From Nitrosopumilus sp. (GTDB lineage Archaea; Thermoproteota; Nitrososphaeria; Nitrososphaerales; Nitrosopumilaceae), in contig OZ250186.1 in the NCBI GenBank assembly GCA_965238275.1, positions 896,001 through 960,000 of the forward strand: a stretch of 64,000 nucleotides of DNA, read 5' to 3'. The notes beneath the pieces are model-generated. The model saw only the letters and a program-made list of their open reading frames with translations. It had not been told where the DNA came from and ran no database searches. Shown piece after piece: positions 1-11,207 of the stretch. Within the stretch, counting starts at the first letter, position 1. Every line of letters starts with the position of its first letter. Both the position numbers and the translations under genes were made by a program.

Positions 1-586
1 TCTGCTGCATTTGTAGACAGGTAGAGCTGTGTAGGCAGTGCGTCCTCGTCCTGCAGCCTTTGAATCATCTCTGGCTCCTGGCCGTTGGTTACAAGAAAGA
101 CTGACTTTGTAGCCTCCTGAGATACCTGATACATGGTGTGGGCTCCCCTGAAAGCGAGATGGCATAGTGGCTGGGCAGGAGCGACTCGTCAAGCCTCTGT
201 TTGTCGTTTCTGGAATCCCCATAGTATCCGTTGATAAGCCTCTTCCTCTCGGCCATCAGTTTTGTCAGTATCTCCTCAGGCGGTGCCACCTGTTCGGGGT
301 TCATCTCCATGGAGTCATAAAACTCCATGGGCCTCCAGCAGTAGACACAGCGGTTCTCACAGTGCATCCCTGCAGGGGAAAACTCCATACACCTGTGCGT
401 GGAGATTCCATAGAACTTGTGCTTGTAGCAGTTGCCCTCGTGCTTGAATGACTTTTTTGTCCAGTGGCACAGCCCCACTGTGGAGTGGTCTGCCACGCCG
501 TACTTTGCCTTTTTTAGCTGCGCAGATATCGCAGGCCTGATCTGAATCAGCCCGTCTTCTGTAACAGTCTCTCCAGAGCAGCTCAT
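1..586 (-). CDS. taw1: 4-demethylwyosine synthase Taw1/TYW1 (radical SAM), runs off the window; frameshift near 110-140
   Basis: CHWTKKS...CYKHKFYGI, CxxxCxxC (CENRCVYCWR) and AISLSGEPT motifs. Homologous sequence (EATKSVFLVTNGQEPEMIQRL) continues in another frame below ~110. Start ATG at 586 (MSCSGE). Confidence 0.85.
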
Positions 587-855
587 CGTCCCCGTTCTCT
601 GTATCGGTTTACTTAAATTGATCGGGATCTTGCCTGCATGCATCTGCCTGCAAACTACATCCTGCCTGGAGGTGCCATGCATGACTACGCTGCATCTGAC
701 AGTGTCATGCCGGCTCCGGACTGGTGGAGCCCAACCGATCTGCTGCTGTTTATTCCTGCATGGCATGGATAATGACGTCTGATTTTGTGCCTGAATCCAA
801 TCCGGGATCGGTCTTACAGTGAGGTTTAATTACTGGATCCTAGAAACCTTTTGTA

Positions 856-3291
856 TTGGTAAAAATAAACAATGTTTCATTTCTACTATTACTTATTGCA
901 GTATTGACCAGCATGCCGTTCAGCCCGATCTTTGCCGATGATGATCTGGATAATGACGGAATACCTGACGTAGTGGATCTGTGTCCAAACCTGCAGGAGG
1001 ATTACGAGGGTGCAGAGGACGGCTGCCCGTCCAACTTTGTTCCATGGTATGATGAGGACTATGACGCAATAGAGGATCATAACGACGCGTGTCCCAGCGC
1101 CAGGGAGAACTATAACGGATATGAAGATGAGGACGGATGTCCTGACATTCCTCCAGTGACTACAGGCAGCAACATAGCCGATTCTGATAATGACGGCTTT
1201 GCAGACCTAAATGATCTGTGCCCAAACCAGCCTGAGACATTCAACGGGGTGGATGACCGGGACGGCTGTCCTGACTCGTTTAGCAGCGGTGATCGCGACC
1301 GGGACGGCGTTAACGATCTACTGGATCAGTGCCCGCTGAGTGCAGAAAACTACAACAGGTTCCAGGATGCAGACGGATGCCCTGACTCTACCACTGACAC
1401 CGCCTTTGCTGATACTGATAACGACGGAATCGAGGATCGCTTGGACCTGTGCCCTGAAGAACCGGAGGTGTATAACGGCTATCGCGATGTGGACGGATGT
1501 GCCGACGTGGTACGCGAAGTATCTGCTGCTGATGCTGACGGTGACGGCATTGCCGACCAGTTTGACGACTGTCCTTTAAACCCCGAGACTGTCAACAGGT
1601 TTGCCGACTATGACGGATGCCCCGACTCTGTTCCCCATTTCATAGGCTCCCCTGACGATGCAGACGGCGATCAGATACCTGATGATATAGACCAGTGCCT
1701 GAACGCACCTGAAAGATACAACCATTTCATGGATGATGACGGCTGTCCTGACATACCGCCATACTCCTCATCACAGGATTCTGACTTTGACGGAATCATC
1801 AACAGCCTTGACCAGTGTCCGGAGGATGCAGAAACCTACAACAGGTTCCAGGATGCAGACGGATGCCCTGACTCCCAATCAGACACCAGAGGAATTCCTG
1901 ACTCTGACGGGGACGGGATAAATGATTACGTGGATCTGTGTCCCAGCCAGCCTGAGACATTCAACGGCCTGTTTGATATAGACGGCTGCCCTGACTCGTT
2001 TAGAAGCGGTGATCGTGACCGGGACGGCGTTCCTGACGATCTGGATGCGTGTCCATTTGTCCAGGAGATATGGAACAGCTTTCAGGATACGGACGGATGC
2101 CCTGATAGCACATCCGGATTTTTGGCACTTGACTATGACGGGGACGGCATCGTAGACCTTAAGGACAGCTGTCCGCTGCAGTCAGAAGTATTCAACGGGT
2201 ATCAGGATGCCGACGGATGCCCTGATGAAGAGGTGCCAGACTCTGACGGCGACGGAGTCCGGGACTCGCAGGATCGGTGCCCTGACACAGCCGAGACATG
2301 GAACCGATACCTGGACAATGACGGCTGTCCGGATGACCCCGTAGTGTCTGACTCTGATTATGATGGAATCTTGGACGAGATAGATCAGTGCCCGCTGGCT
2401 AGGGAGAGATATAATGGATTTGAAGATGACGACGGCTGCCCCGACCAGATTGAGATCACCCTGGTAGCTGATCTGGACTTTGACGGAATCTCAGATGATG
2501 TGGACCAATGCCCACTGGTTCCAGAGATATACAACAGATTCAATGATGACGACGGCTGTCCAGACTACATAGCAGACTTTTCTCCAATACCAGACTCTGA
2601 CGGCGACGGACTCAACGACTACGTGGATCACTGTCCAAACCAGCCTGAGACGTTCAACGGCATCCTTGACAGGGACGGCTGTCCTGACGATCTCAACACG
2701 CTGATTGACCGGGACCATGATGGAATCTATGACGGAATCGACGCATGCCCAACCTCGCCTGAGACGTGGAACCGCTATCAGGATGCTGACGGCTGTCCAG
2801 ACTTTATAGTCGAGTCCATGACTGTCGACTCTGATAACGATGGAATTTATGATGCAGACGATGCCTGCCCACTGGTTGCAGAGAACTTCAACGGGTATGA
2901 GGACGCCGACGGCTGTCCTGACGTGGACGACACCCAGGTTGATACTGACGGCGACGGGGTTGCAGACGTGATGGATCGGTGTCCTGACACGGCAGAGATC
3001 TGGAATAGGTATCTAGACTATGACGGATGTCCTGATGCGCTGCCTGTATTCGAGCGCACTCTTGACAGCGACAACGACGGTCTTCCTGATGATGTAGACC
3101 TGTGTCCCGGCCTTGCAGAGAACTGGAACAAGTACAACGACGATGACGGGTGTCCTGACATCGTTCCCGAGCAGTCCCGCTACAAGCATGATCATGATCT
3201 AGACAACATTATAAACGAGCATGATGCGTGTCCTTTCGAACCTGAAGACTATGATGGTAATTTTGATAGCGACGGCTGTCCTGATGAATAG
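856..3291 (+). CDS. Secreted thrombospondin type-3 (Ca-binding) repeat protein 1
   Basis: Signal peptide followed by about 20 DxDxDGxxDxxDxCP...E.(F/Y)N...D.DGCPD repeats. Confidence 0.9.
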   Translation: MVKINNVSFLLLLIAVLTSMPFSPIFADDDLDNDGIPDVVDLCPNLQEDYEGAEDGCPSNFVPWYDEDYDAIEDHNDACPSARENYNGYEDEDGCPDIPPVTTGSNIADSDNDGFADLNDLCPNQPETFNGVDDRDGCPDSFSSGDRDRDGVNDLLDQCPLSAENYNRFQDADGCPDSTTDTAFADTDNDGIEDRLDLCPEEPEVYNGYRDVDGCADVVREVSAADADGDGIADQFDDCPLNPETVNRFADYDGCPDSVPHFIGSPDDADGDQIPDDIDQCLNAPERYNHFMDDDGCPDIPPYSSSQDSDFDGIINSLDQCPEDAETYNRFQDADGCPDSQSDTRGIPDSDGDGINDYVDLCPSQPETFNGLFDIDGCPDSFRSGDRDRDGVPDDLDACPFVQEIWNSFQDTDGCPDSTSGFLALDYDGDGIVDLKDSCPLQSEVFNGYQDADGCPDEEVPDSDGDGVRDSQDRCPDTAETWNRYLDNDGCPDDPVVSDSDYDGILDEIDQCPLARERYNGFEDDDGCPDQIEITLVADLDFDGISDDVDQCPLVPEIYNRFNDDDGCPDYIADFSPIPDSDGDGLNDYVDHCPNQPETFNGILDRDGCPDDLNTLIDRDHDGIYDGIDACPTSPETWNRYQDADGCPDFIVESMTVDSDNDGIYDADDACPLVAENFNGYEDADGCPDVDDTQVDTDGDGVADVMDRCPDTAEIWNRYLDYDGCPDALPVFERTLDSDNDGLPDDVDLCPGLAENWNKYNDDDGCPDIVPEQSRYKHDHDLDNIINEHDACPFEPEDYDGNFDSDGCPDE

Positions 3292-3303
3292 GAGCCTGTT
3301 GGC

Positions 3304-5475
3304 ATGAAAGGAATGCATCATCTAGGGTTTCTACTCTTGTTTGTATCCGCAGCTGGAATGCTTTCTGGTGCCCATGCAGTTGACAACGACTTTGATGATG
3401 ACGGCGTTCCCAACTCCGTTGACCTGTGTCCCAATCTCCAGGAGGACTATGATCCACAGTATGCCGAGAACATAGACGGCTGTCCTGCAGACTTTGTCCC
3501 ATGGTATGATGCTGACTTTGACGGGATACAGGATCACATTGATGACTGTCCCACTACAAAGGAGACTTACAACCGGGTTGCAGACGATGACGGGTGTCCT
3601 GATCTGATCGGCGTTACAGACGTCCCGATTCCGGACTCTGACGGCGACGGCTATCCGGACTATCTGGACCTGTGCCCAACATTGCCTGAGACCTTCAACG
3701 GTATTGATGACAGGGACGGATGCCCTGACGACGACACGTCCCTGGATGACACAGACTCTGACGGACTCTCTGACCTCGCAGACGGCTGTCCTACCGAGCC
3801 TGAGACTTACAACAGGTTCATGGATGCTGACGGCTGTCCTGATACAGTAGCAGCAGCAGATCCCCTTACAAGTTATGCATTCCCGGATTCTGACGGCGAC
3901 GGGATGGACGACAGGTGGGACTCCTGTGTAAACGAGCCTGAAAACTACAACGGCTATCTTGACTGGGACGGCTGCCCTGACTCCCCTGGTGCCGAATCCT
4001 TTGCGATACCTGATGCCGACTCTGACAGTATTCCTGATTACCTTGATGCCTGTCCTCTGGAGCGGGAGAACTTTAACAGGTTCCAAGATGAGGACGGCTG
4101 CCCCGACAAGCTGGTATTTACAGTTGTCGGCGATGCTGATGGTGACGGCATTCTGGATCCTGACGACTCCTGTCCGTTCCAGCCGGAGATATACAACAGG
4201 ATTGCAGACGAGGACGGCTGTCCTGATGCAGTTGCATACGACATGACTGCCAGCGACTCTGACGGCGACGGATTCATAGATCAGATCGACAGGTGTCCTT
4301 TGGACCCTGAGACCTTCAACGGCATTGATGATACTGACGGCTGCCCTGACGACGTATCGGATCATGCCGATACTGACAATGATGGAATTTCTGACGGGAC
4401 AGACGCATGTCCAATGGAACCTGAGGTATACAACAGGTTCCAGGATGCAGACGGATGTCCTGATTCAGTGGATGTCGTACTGTCCGTGTTTACCTTCCCG
4501 GATTCTGACGGCGACGGGATAGATGACAGGTGGGATTCCTGTGTAAACGAGCCTGAAAACTACAACGACTATCTTGACTGGGACGGCTGCCCTGACGTTC
4601 CAGGAACTGCATACATGATCACAACGGATGCTGACTCTGACGGGGTGCCGGATCTTATAGACGAGTGTCCTGATTTGGCCGAACGATACAACGGATTCCA
4701 AGATGATGACGGCTGTCCTGACAGCGTAGCGTACGTGACTGTAATCGACTCTGACAGCGACGGAATATATGATGATGTGGACCAATGCCCAGGCATCCCA
4801 GAGAACTACAACCGGTTCATGGATGAGGACGGCTGCCCCGACCACATAACCGACCACCGGGCTGCTGCTGACTCTGACGGCGACGGACTGATTGACACGC
4901 TGGACCTGTGCCCCACCCAGCCTGAGACATACAATGGCCTGGAAGACTGGGACGGCTGTCCTGACAGTACGCGGTCATTCTCTGATGTTGATCGGGACGG
5001 AATTTCTGATGATCTAGATGCCTGTCCTCTTATGCCCGAGACTTGGAACAGGTTCCAGGATGCAGACGGATGTCCTGATTCAGTGGATGTCGTACTGTCC
5101 GTGTTTACCTTCCCTGATTCTGACGGCGACGGGATGGACGACAGGTGGGATTCCTGTGTAAACGAGCCTGAAAACTACAACGACTATCTTGACTGGGACG
5201 GCTGCCCTGACGTTCCTGGTGCAGAATCAGTTGCAGTCACAGTACTTGATTCAGACTCTGACGGATACCCTGACAGTATTGACGGCTGTCCTACAAGTCC
5301 TGAGACCTGGAACAAGTACCTGGATTACGACGGCTGCCCTGACGCGGCTCCAGAACAGCAGAGGTTCGTCCATGACACTGATCTTGATGGCATCATAAAT
5401 GACGCGGACATATGCCCAATGGAGCGGGAGGATTATGATGGCTATATGGATGAAGACGGCTGTTATGACCCATAG
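3304..5475 (+). CDS. Secreted thrombospondin type-3 repeat protein 2
   Basis: Signal peptide and the same Asp/Cys-rich repeat throughout. Confidence 0.9.
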   Translation: MKGMHHLGFLLLFVSAAGMLSGAHAVDNDFDDDGVPNSVDLCPNLQEDYDPQYAENIDGCPADFVPWYDADFDGIQDHIDDCPTTKETYNRVADDDGCPDLIGVTDVPIPDSDGDGYPDYLDLCPTLPETFNGIDDRDGCPDDDTSLDDTDSDGLSDLADGCPTEPETYNRFMDADGCPDTVAAADPLTSYAFPDSDGDGMDDRWDSCVNEPENYNGYLDWDGCPDSPGAESFAIPDADSDSIPDYLDACPLERENFNRFQDEDGCPDKLVFTVVGDADGDGILDPDDSCPFQPEIYNRIADEDGCPDAVAYDMTASDSDGDGFIDQIDRCPLDPETFNGIDDTDGCPDDVSDHADTDNDGISDGTDACPMEPEVYNRFQDADGCPDSVDVVLSVFTFPDSDGDGIDDRWDSCVNEPENYNDYLDWDGCPDVPGTAYMITTDADSDGVPDLIDECPDLAERYNGFQDDDGCPDSVAYVTVIDSDSDGIYDDVDQCPGIPENYNRFMDEDGCPDHITDHRAAADSDGDGLIDTLDLCPTQPETYNGLEDWDGCPDSTRSFSDVDRDGISDDLDACPLMPETWNRFQDADGCPDSVDVVLSVFTFPDSDGDGMDDRWDSCVNEPENYNDYLDWDGCPDVPGAESVAVTVLDSDSDGYPDSIDGCPTSPETWNKYLDYDGCPDAAPEQQRFVHDTDLDGIINDADICPMEREDYDGYMDEDGCYDP

Positions 5476-5763
5476 TGCATCATCCCATCACACTGTCCAA
5501 TGATTCATTTTCCTGCATCAGTCTCTATGGTATGGCATACAGCCTCCTACAGAATCGCTCATGAATCCGGGAACCTCTTTTGCCGGTATGGCAGTCCCGT
5601 GTGTATGGCTCTTAACTTCATGGAATGCAGATATCCTGACAGCTACAAGCCCCTCCATTAGGTATGTGATGTGCCGCTTACCGTGATATTTTTGGCACGA
5701 TCACAAAATGGACTCCCATTAGTGAAACTTAATAGATACTAAAATCTATCTGAGATTGCAAAG

Positions 5764-7947
5764 ATGAACCGATATTGTATTATGGGATTCATGATCCTGC
5801 TTGTGTTGACTATAGGAATGCCTCTTGATGTGCATGCCGCAGATGCAGATTCTGACGGTGACGGCGTACCAAACCCCGTAGACCTGTGCCCAAATCTCCA
5901 GGAGGATTATGATCCGCAGTATGGTGAGAATATTGACGGATGTCCTGCTGACTTTGTCCCATGGTATGATGCTGACTTTGACGGGATACAGGATCACATT
6001 GATGACTGTCCCACTACAAAGGAGAATTACAACCGGGTTGCAGACGAGGACGGCTGTCCTGATCTGATTGGTATTGCCGGCATCTCGATTCCGGACTCTG
6101 ACGGTGACGGCTATCCAGATTATCGGGATCTGTGCCCCTCGCTGCCTGAGACATTCAACGGCCTTGATGATACTGACGGCTGTCCTGACGATGATGTAAA
6201 CCTGACTGATACTGACTCTGACGGACTTTCTGATAATTCAGACTCGTGTCCCACAGAACCTGAGACATACAACCGATTCCAGGATGACGACGGCTGTCCT
6301 GATACAGTAGCAGCAGCAGATCCCCTTGCAAGTTATGCATTCCCTGACGCTGATGCCGACGGGGTAGACGACCGGCGGGATGCATGCCTGAACGAGCCTG
6401 AAAACTACAACGACTATCTTGACTGGGACGGCTGCCACGATGTTCCGGGAATCTCCACCCCATTGCCTGCCGATTCTGATTCTGACCATATCTTAGACAC
6501 GGATGATGCATGCCCGCTGGAACGGGAGGTCTATAACGGATTCCAGGATGACGACGGCTGTCCCGATGCGGTTCTCCTGCATGTTGTTCGTGATCTTGAC
6601 CGTGACGGCGTCTCAGACATCTTTGACCAGTGCCCCCACCTCCCCGAGACCTACAACAGGATTGCAGACGAGGACGGCTGTCCTGACAGTGTAGTGGTGC
6701 ACCGGCTGGCGACAGACTCGGACGGGGACGGCATCATAGATCGCATGGACTATTGCCCAAACCAGCCTGAGACCTACAACGGCTTCTTGGACTCTGACGG
6801 CTGTCCTGACGAATTCAGTCCGACAGCCGACTTGGACCGTGACGGCGTCATAGACGGGCTTGACCAGTGTCCGCTGGAGCCTGAGACCTACAACCTGTTC
6901 CAGGACTCTGACGGCTGTCCTGATGCAGTAGTAGCAGCAGATCCCCTTGCAAGTTATGCATTCCCTGACGCTGATGCCGACGGGGTAGACGACCGGCGGG
7001 ATGCATGCCTGAACGAGCCTGAAAACTACAACAATTATCTGGATCACGACGGATGCCCTGATGTCTCCGGAATCTCAACCCCTCCGCCTTCCGACTCGGA
7101 CGGGGACGGCATTCCCGATGTCGATGATCTATGTCCAACAATAAGAGAACGATACAACGGATTAATGGATGAGGACGGATGCCCTGATGTATTGGCATAC
7201 AGTTCCACAGGTGATACTGATCGTGACGGGATAAACAACGATGTTGACCAGTGTCCAAACTCCAAAGAGACCTACAACAGGATTGCAGACGAGGACGGAT
7301 GTCCTGATGCCGTTGTAGCCGGTTTGGCGGTGGCCGATTCAGACGGGGACGGCATCATAGATCGCATGGACTATTGCCCAACCCAGCCTGAGACCTACAA
7401 CGGCTTCTTGGACTCTGACGGCTGTCCTGACGAATTCAGTCCGACAGCCGACTCGGACCGTGACGGCGTCCTAGACGGGCTTGACCAGTGTCCGCTGGAG
7501 CCTGAGACCTACAACCTGTTCCTGGACTCTGACGGCTGTCCCGATACGGTTGTAATCGATCCTGGTACCGGTTATGCATTCCCTGACACTGACGCTGACG
7601 GGATAGACGACCGGTGGGATGCATGTCCGAACATTCCTGAAAACTATAACGACTATCTTGATCACGACGGATGTCCTGACGTTCCCGGCGCAGAATCCAC
7701 CCCACCTACAAGCTTGGACTCTGATAATGACGGATATCATGACAGCGTAGATGCATGCCCGACAAACCCTGAAACTTGGAACAAGTACAACGATCACGAC
7801 GGATGTCCTGACACGGCTCCAGAACAGCAGAGGTTTGTCCATGATACTGATCTTGACGGCATCATAAACTCCGAGGATCTGTGTCCTCTGGATCCGGAGA
7901 ACTATAACGGCTTCGAGGATGACGACGGCTGTCCGGATTCTTCATGA
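5764..7947 (+). CDS. Secreted thrombospondin type-3 repeat protein 3
   Basis: Signal peptide and TSP3-like repeats; close paralog of 3304..5475. Confidence 0.9.
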   Translation: MNRYCIMGFMILLVLTIGMPLDVHAADADSDGDGVPNPVDLCPNLQEDYDPQYGENIDGCPADFVPWYDADFDGIQDHIDDCPTTKENYNRVADEDGCPDLIGIAGISIPDSDGDGYPDYRDLCPSLPETFNGLDDTDGCPDDDVNLTDTDSDGLSDNSDSCPTEPETYNRFQDDDGCPDTVAAADPLASYAFPDADADGVDDRRDACLNEPENYNDYLDWDGCHDVPGISTPLPADSDSDHILDTDDACPLEREVYNGFQDDDGCPDAVLLHVVRDLDRDGVSDIFDQCPHLPETYNRIADEDGCPDSVVVHRLATDSDGDGIIDRMDYCPNQPETYNGFLDSDGCPDEFSPTADLDRDGVIDGLDQCPLEPETYNLFQDSDGCPDAVVAADPLASYAFPDADADGVDDRRDACLNEPENYNNYLDHDGCPDVSGISTPPPSDSDGDGIPDVDDLCPTIRERYNGLMDEDGCPDVLAYSSTGDTDRDGINNDVDQCPNSKETYNRIADEDGCPDAVVAGLAVADSDGDGIIDRMDYCPTQPETYNGFLDSDGCPDEFSPTADSDRDGVLDGLDQCPLEPETYNLFLDSDGCPDTVVIDPGTGYAFPDTDADGIDDRWDACPNIPENYNDYLDHDGCPDVPGAESTPPTSLDSDNDGYHDSVDACPTNPETWNKYNDHDGCPDTAPEQQRFVHDTDLDGIINSEDLCPLDPENYNGFEDDDGCPDSS

Positions 7948-7999
7948 GAGCGTCACACTACCGGACATGATAGATATACCCGAACCATAAAACCATACA

Positions 8000-8965
8000 A
8001 TGCTTCCAAAATTTTCAAGCAGGGCATTCCTGGCCCCGATGGCAGGCGTGTCTGATCCGGCACTCAGGCTGCAGTGTAAGATGATGGGAGCCGGCCTTGT
8101 TGTGACTGAGTTTACCAACATTCACAGCATAGTGGCCAAGGCAGAGCAGCTCAGGGCACAGCTGAAGACGATTCAGGAGTTTATCCGGTTCTCCGAGGAG
8201 GAGAGGCCTCTCTCAGTCCAGCTGTTCGGATCCGATCTTGCAGTGCTGGAGAAGGCTGCCAAGATAGTAGAGCCATTCTTTGACATGATAGACTACAACA
8301 TGGGATGTCCTGCGCCGCACATTACAAGGCAGATGGCAGGCGGTGCCCTGCTGCAGCATGCGGATGTGACCCGGAAGATTCTTGCCACCCTTGTCGGTGC
8401 AGTAAGAAAGCCTGTCACCATCAAGATCCGTTCTGGAACCACCGATGCTGACCGGTACCTGTTCCGGGAGATTGCAGGTATCGCCGAAGATGAGGGGATT
8501 CAGATGATTACGCTTCATCCAAGAACGGTCAGTCAGGGCTACTCTGGAAGTGCAGACTGGAATATGATAAGGGATCTCAAGGAGACTGCCGGGGTTCCAA
8601 TCGTCGGTAATGGCGACATTGCGACCCCTGAGGACGCCCGGGCGATGCTTGATGATACCGGTTGCGACTATGTGATGATCGGCCGCGGCGCCATGGGAAA
8701 CCCATTCCTGTTTGAACAGATCAACGACTATCTGAAGACAGGCTCATACCACGAGTACCTGCTTGAAGACAGACTGGATGCATTCTTTGAGTATCTGCAC
8801 ATGACTGCCGGATATGGAATCCGATTTGCAAACATCAAGGGCCAGGCAATGCGGTTTACGCGGGGGATGCAGAGGGGCTCCAGACTGCGCCCCCGGATTA
8901 CCCTCTCTGAGGATATAGACCAGCTTGAAAGAGTCATGCATGATGCATATACATCCTGCAACTGA
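8000..8965 (+). CDS. dusB: tRNA-dihydrouridine synthase (DusB-like)
   Basis: LAPMAGVSD, QLFGS, NMGCP, HPRT, GNGDI and MIGRGA motifs. Confidence 0.9.
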   Translation: MLPKFSSRAFLAPMAGVSDPALRLQCKMMGAGLVVTEFTNIHSIVAKAEQLRAQLKTIQEFIRFSEEERPLSVQLFGSDLAVLEKAAKIVEPFFDMIDYNMGCPAPHITRQMAGGALLQHADVTRKILATLVGAVRKPVTIKIRSGTTDADRYLFREIAGIAEDEGIQMITLHPRTVSQGYSGSADWNMIRDLKETAGVPIVGNGDIATPEDARAMLDDTGCDYVMIGRGAMGNPFLFEQINDYLKTGSYHEYLLEDRLDAFFEYLHMTAGYGIRFANIKGQAMRFTRGMQRGSRLRPRITLSEDIDQLERVMHDAYTSCN

Positions 8966-9191
8966 CCGGCGGCATGCACAACGTACCCCTCTTGGCATGG
9001 TGCCTGTACGGCATTGCTCCAAACCAATTCCTTCCAGCCGGCTGCCAAAATTGCACTGTCCTGGCATGACTTAGGCCTGTCACAAGTCAGGCATGCCTGT
9101 CAGAAGGATCCGCCTTGGCAGGTTCCCGCTTTGATTATTCTTATATATCTGAAGCCGGTCTTTTATGTATGAGCATGGGAGTTGTGTCCTA

Positions 9192-9431
9192 ATGGCTACT
9201 GCGTATGTACTCATAAACTGTGAGCTGGGTTCGGAGGAGTCTGTAATATCAGAACTCAAGTCCATTGACGCCGTCATTGAGGTTCACGGTACATTCGGCG
9301 CATATGACATACTGGCCAAGGTGGCATCAGATCAGGTTGAGGCGCTACGTGAGACCATCACATGGAAGATTCGAAAGATACCAAAAATAAGATCGACTCT
9401 GACGTTGATGGGTATTGAGGGACAGCAATAG
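9192..9431 (+). CDS. Lrp/AsnC ligand-binding (RAM) domain protein
   Basis: MATAYVLINCELGSE...GAYDILAKV...IRSTLTL; no HTH. Confidence 0.9.
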   Translation: MATAYVLINCELGSEESVISELKSIDAVIEVHGTFGAYDILAKVASDQVEALRETITWKIRKIPKIRSTLTLMGIEGQQ

Positions 9432-9470
9432 GTCTCTCCACCCTTTTGTCTTCATGTGTTGAACTTTGGG

Positions 9471-9812
9471 TTAGAGCGCCTCAGAATTTTTCTTTTTGCT
9501 TGCAATATTGAACACGTCCTGTACATCTGAGACTGTGATGATGCCGTCACCTGACTTTCCGGTAAATACTGCATCCGAAATGGCCGTGGTAACCCTTTCC
9601 ACATCTTTCTCATCTACAATGGTTCTGATGGTTTCAACCTTGTTGAATTCTGCTATGAATGTGCCTGTGCCTCTGCCTGCCCTTATCGTCTGTCTCTCCG
9701 AGGATCCTCTTCCGCTTCCTTCCAGAATGGTAAATCCCCCCACAATGTCCTTGATGGCATCTGAGACGTGACCTGCCTTGTCGGCATTTACTGTAGCTTC
9801 TAATAGCTTCAT
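9471..9812 (-). CDS. P-II family nitrogen regulator
   Basis: GSGRG T-loop start and TGKSGDGII B-loop motif. Confidence 0.85.
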   Translation of the reverse strand: MKLLEATVNADKAGHVSDAIKDIVGGFTILEGSGRGSSERQTIRAGRGTGTFIAEFNKVETIRTIVDEKDVERVTTAISDAVFTGKSGDGIITVSDVQDVFNIASKKKNSEAL

Positions 9813-10049
9813 AGCCACAGATACCCAGGGATCATTTAAAAAACATTCCTGTAGGATTCTCCTGCAGAATCAGTCGATGGCCACAATGACTGACCCGGAC
9901 ATGTCTGCTACCTGAGAATCATGTTTTGGGCGGATTTGTCTGCAATCCTCTTGATGGATATGGATGGCGGACTGGAATTCTGTGACATGCCCGTGTCCCG
10001 ACATTTCATGCCCACCCCGTCAAGATATTCATAAATATTCATTTAACGA

Positions 10050-10790
10050 ATGGATCACATGGTTGATTCTCTTCTGCATGATGTGCAGAGACTAATGGAT
10101 ATAGGATTCGGGGATGACAGAATCCTGAGGCAGATCTACAGGGCGTGTAAGAACAACGAAGCCATCAGCAACTATGAAAGAAACTATGTCCGAACCCTGG
10201 TTGATGAACATCTTACCAAAAGTACCCAGATCCCCGAGCCCGAACCTGAAAAAGAGATACCGGCGCATCCTGGTGCCGTGGTTCCAAATCCGGCCCTGCC
10301 CCAACTGGTGGTGAAGACCAAGCCACAACGTGGTTTCAAAGGCATCATGTCCTGGTCGATGAGAAGAAAGCTCGTGCTTGGCATTGCAGCGTTACTTCTG
10401 ATAGGCACCATCACTGCTGCAGCATCATTTAACAGCACCACCGGTGGCGTTTTTCCACTCCCGCCTCCCCCCGTTGACCCTCCTCCTGATGTAATCCCCC
10501 CGCCGCCTCTAGAGATGCCGGCATTCTCTGTTGCAACCGATCTTGTGTCGTATGACAGGCTGGATCTTATCCTGATTAGCGGCGCATCCGTAGACTCTGA
10601 TGCCATTACACTCTCAATCGTAAGTCCGGACGGCCAGACTATCTGGGCTGAAACGGTATCCGTGCGGGACAACCGGTACTCGACTCTTACCATTGCAGGG
10701 GGTATGGGGTGGGATGATTCCGGGGTATATACACTAGAGGCATTCAACGGGGTCGACAGGGCATTTGGGGAGTTTACGTTTAATCCGTAG
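10050..10790 (+). CDS. Membrane-anchored hypothetical protein with Pro-rich linker and Ig-like C-terminus
   Basis: 246-aa ORF, one TM helix, TATA-like ATAAATA upstream. Confidence 0.7.
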   Translation: MDHMVDSLLHDVQRLMDIGFGDDRILRQIYRACKNNEAISNYERNYVRTLVDEHLTKSTQIPEPEPEKEIPAHPGAVVPNPALPQLVVKTKPQRGFKGIMSWSMRRKLVLGIAALLLIGTITAAASFNSTTGGVFPLPPPPVDPPPDVIPPPPLEMPAFSVATDLVSYDRLDLILISGASVDSDAITLSIVSPDGQTIWAETVSVRDNRYSTLTIAGGMGWDDSGVYTLEAFNGVDRAFGEFTFNP

Positions 10791-10970
10791 GGTCTGTCAT
10801 GACAGGCATCTGAAAGTGCCGCCTGTCTGATAATAATACCATGTTGGCAGTGTTCCAGTCGCGTGCCAGAACCTCCCCGTCTGCGTGTCATGGCAAATCG
10901 CGCCATCGGGTTTAAAGTGATGCTCTCTGAGGGGCCGGCGCAATTGCATAATGCGGCATCATCACCATCA

Positions 10971-11201
10971 TCATCTGTAGCAAAACTCCCCGTCTGTTCC
11001 CCTGTACAGTACCAGGTATTCGTCGGGATTCTTTCTGTCCTTCTTTGCCTTCAGTGCATCCTGATACATCTCAAAATGCTCGATCAGGTACAGCTGGCCT
11101 CTGGAATCCGAAAGATAATCTATCCCGACCAAGGCAAACCCCGATTCCGGGGTAAGGCCTTCCCTGCCTACACCGAATTTGTCTGCAGTCAATTTACTCA
11201 A
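10971..11201 (-). CDS. Small hypothetical protein downstream of tbp
   Basis: 76-aa ORF starting just downstream of the tbp stop, same strand. Confidence 0.6.
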   Translation of the reverse strand: MSKLTADKFGVGREGLTPESGFALVGIDYLSDSRGQLYLIEHFEMYQDALKAKKDRKNPDEYLVLYRGTDGEFCYR

Positions 11202-11207
11202 GTGAGA

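Noticed and set aside
3331-4365. Long antisense ORFs over the TSP3 genes, and similar shadow ORFs elsewhere
   Set aside because: They are by-products of repetitive or GC-rich coding sequence on the opposite strand and carry no motifs.
9192-9431. Near-identical HTH-less Lrp paralogs (also 57536-57775) as a novelty
   Set aside because: Stand-alone RAM-domain paralogs are common in archaea.
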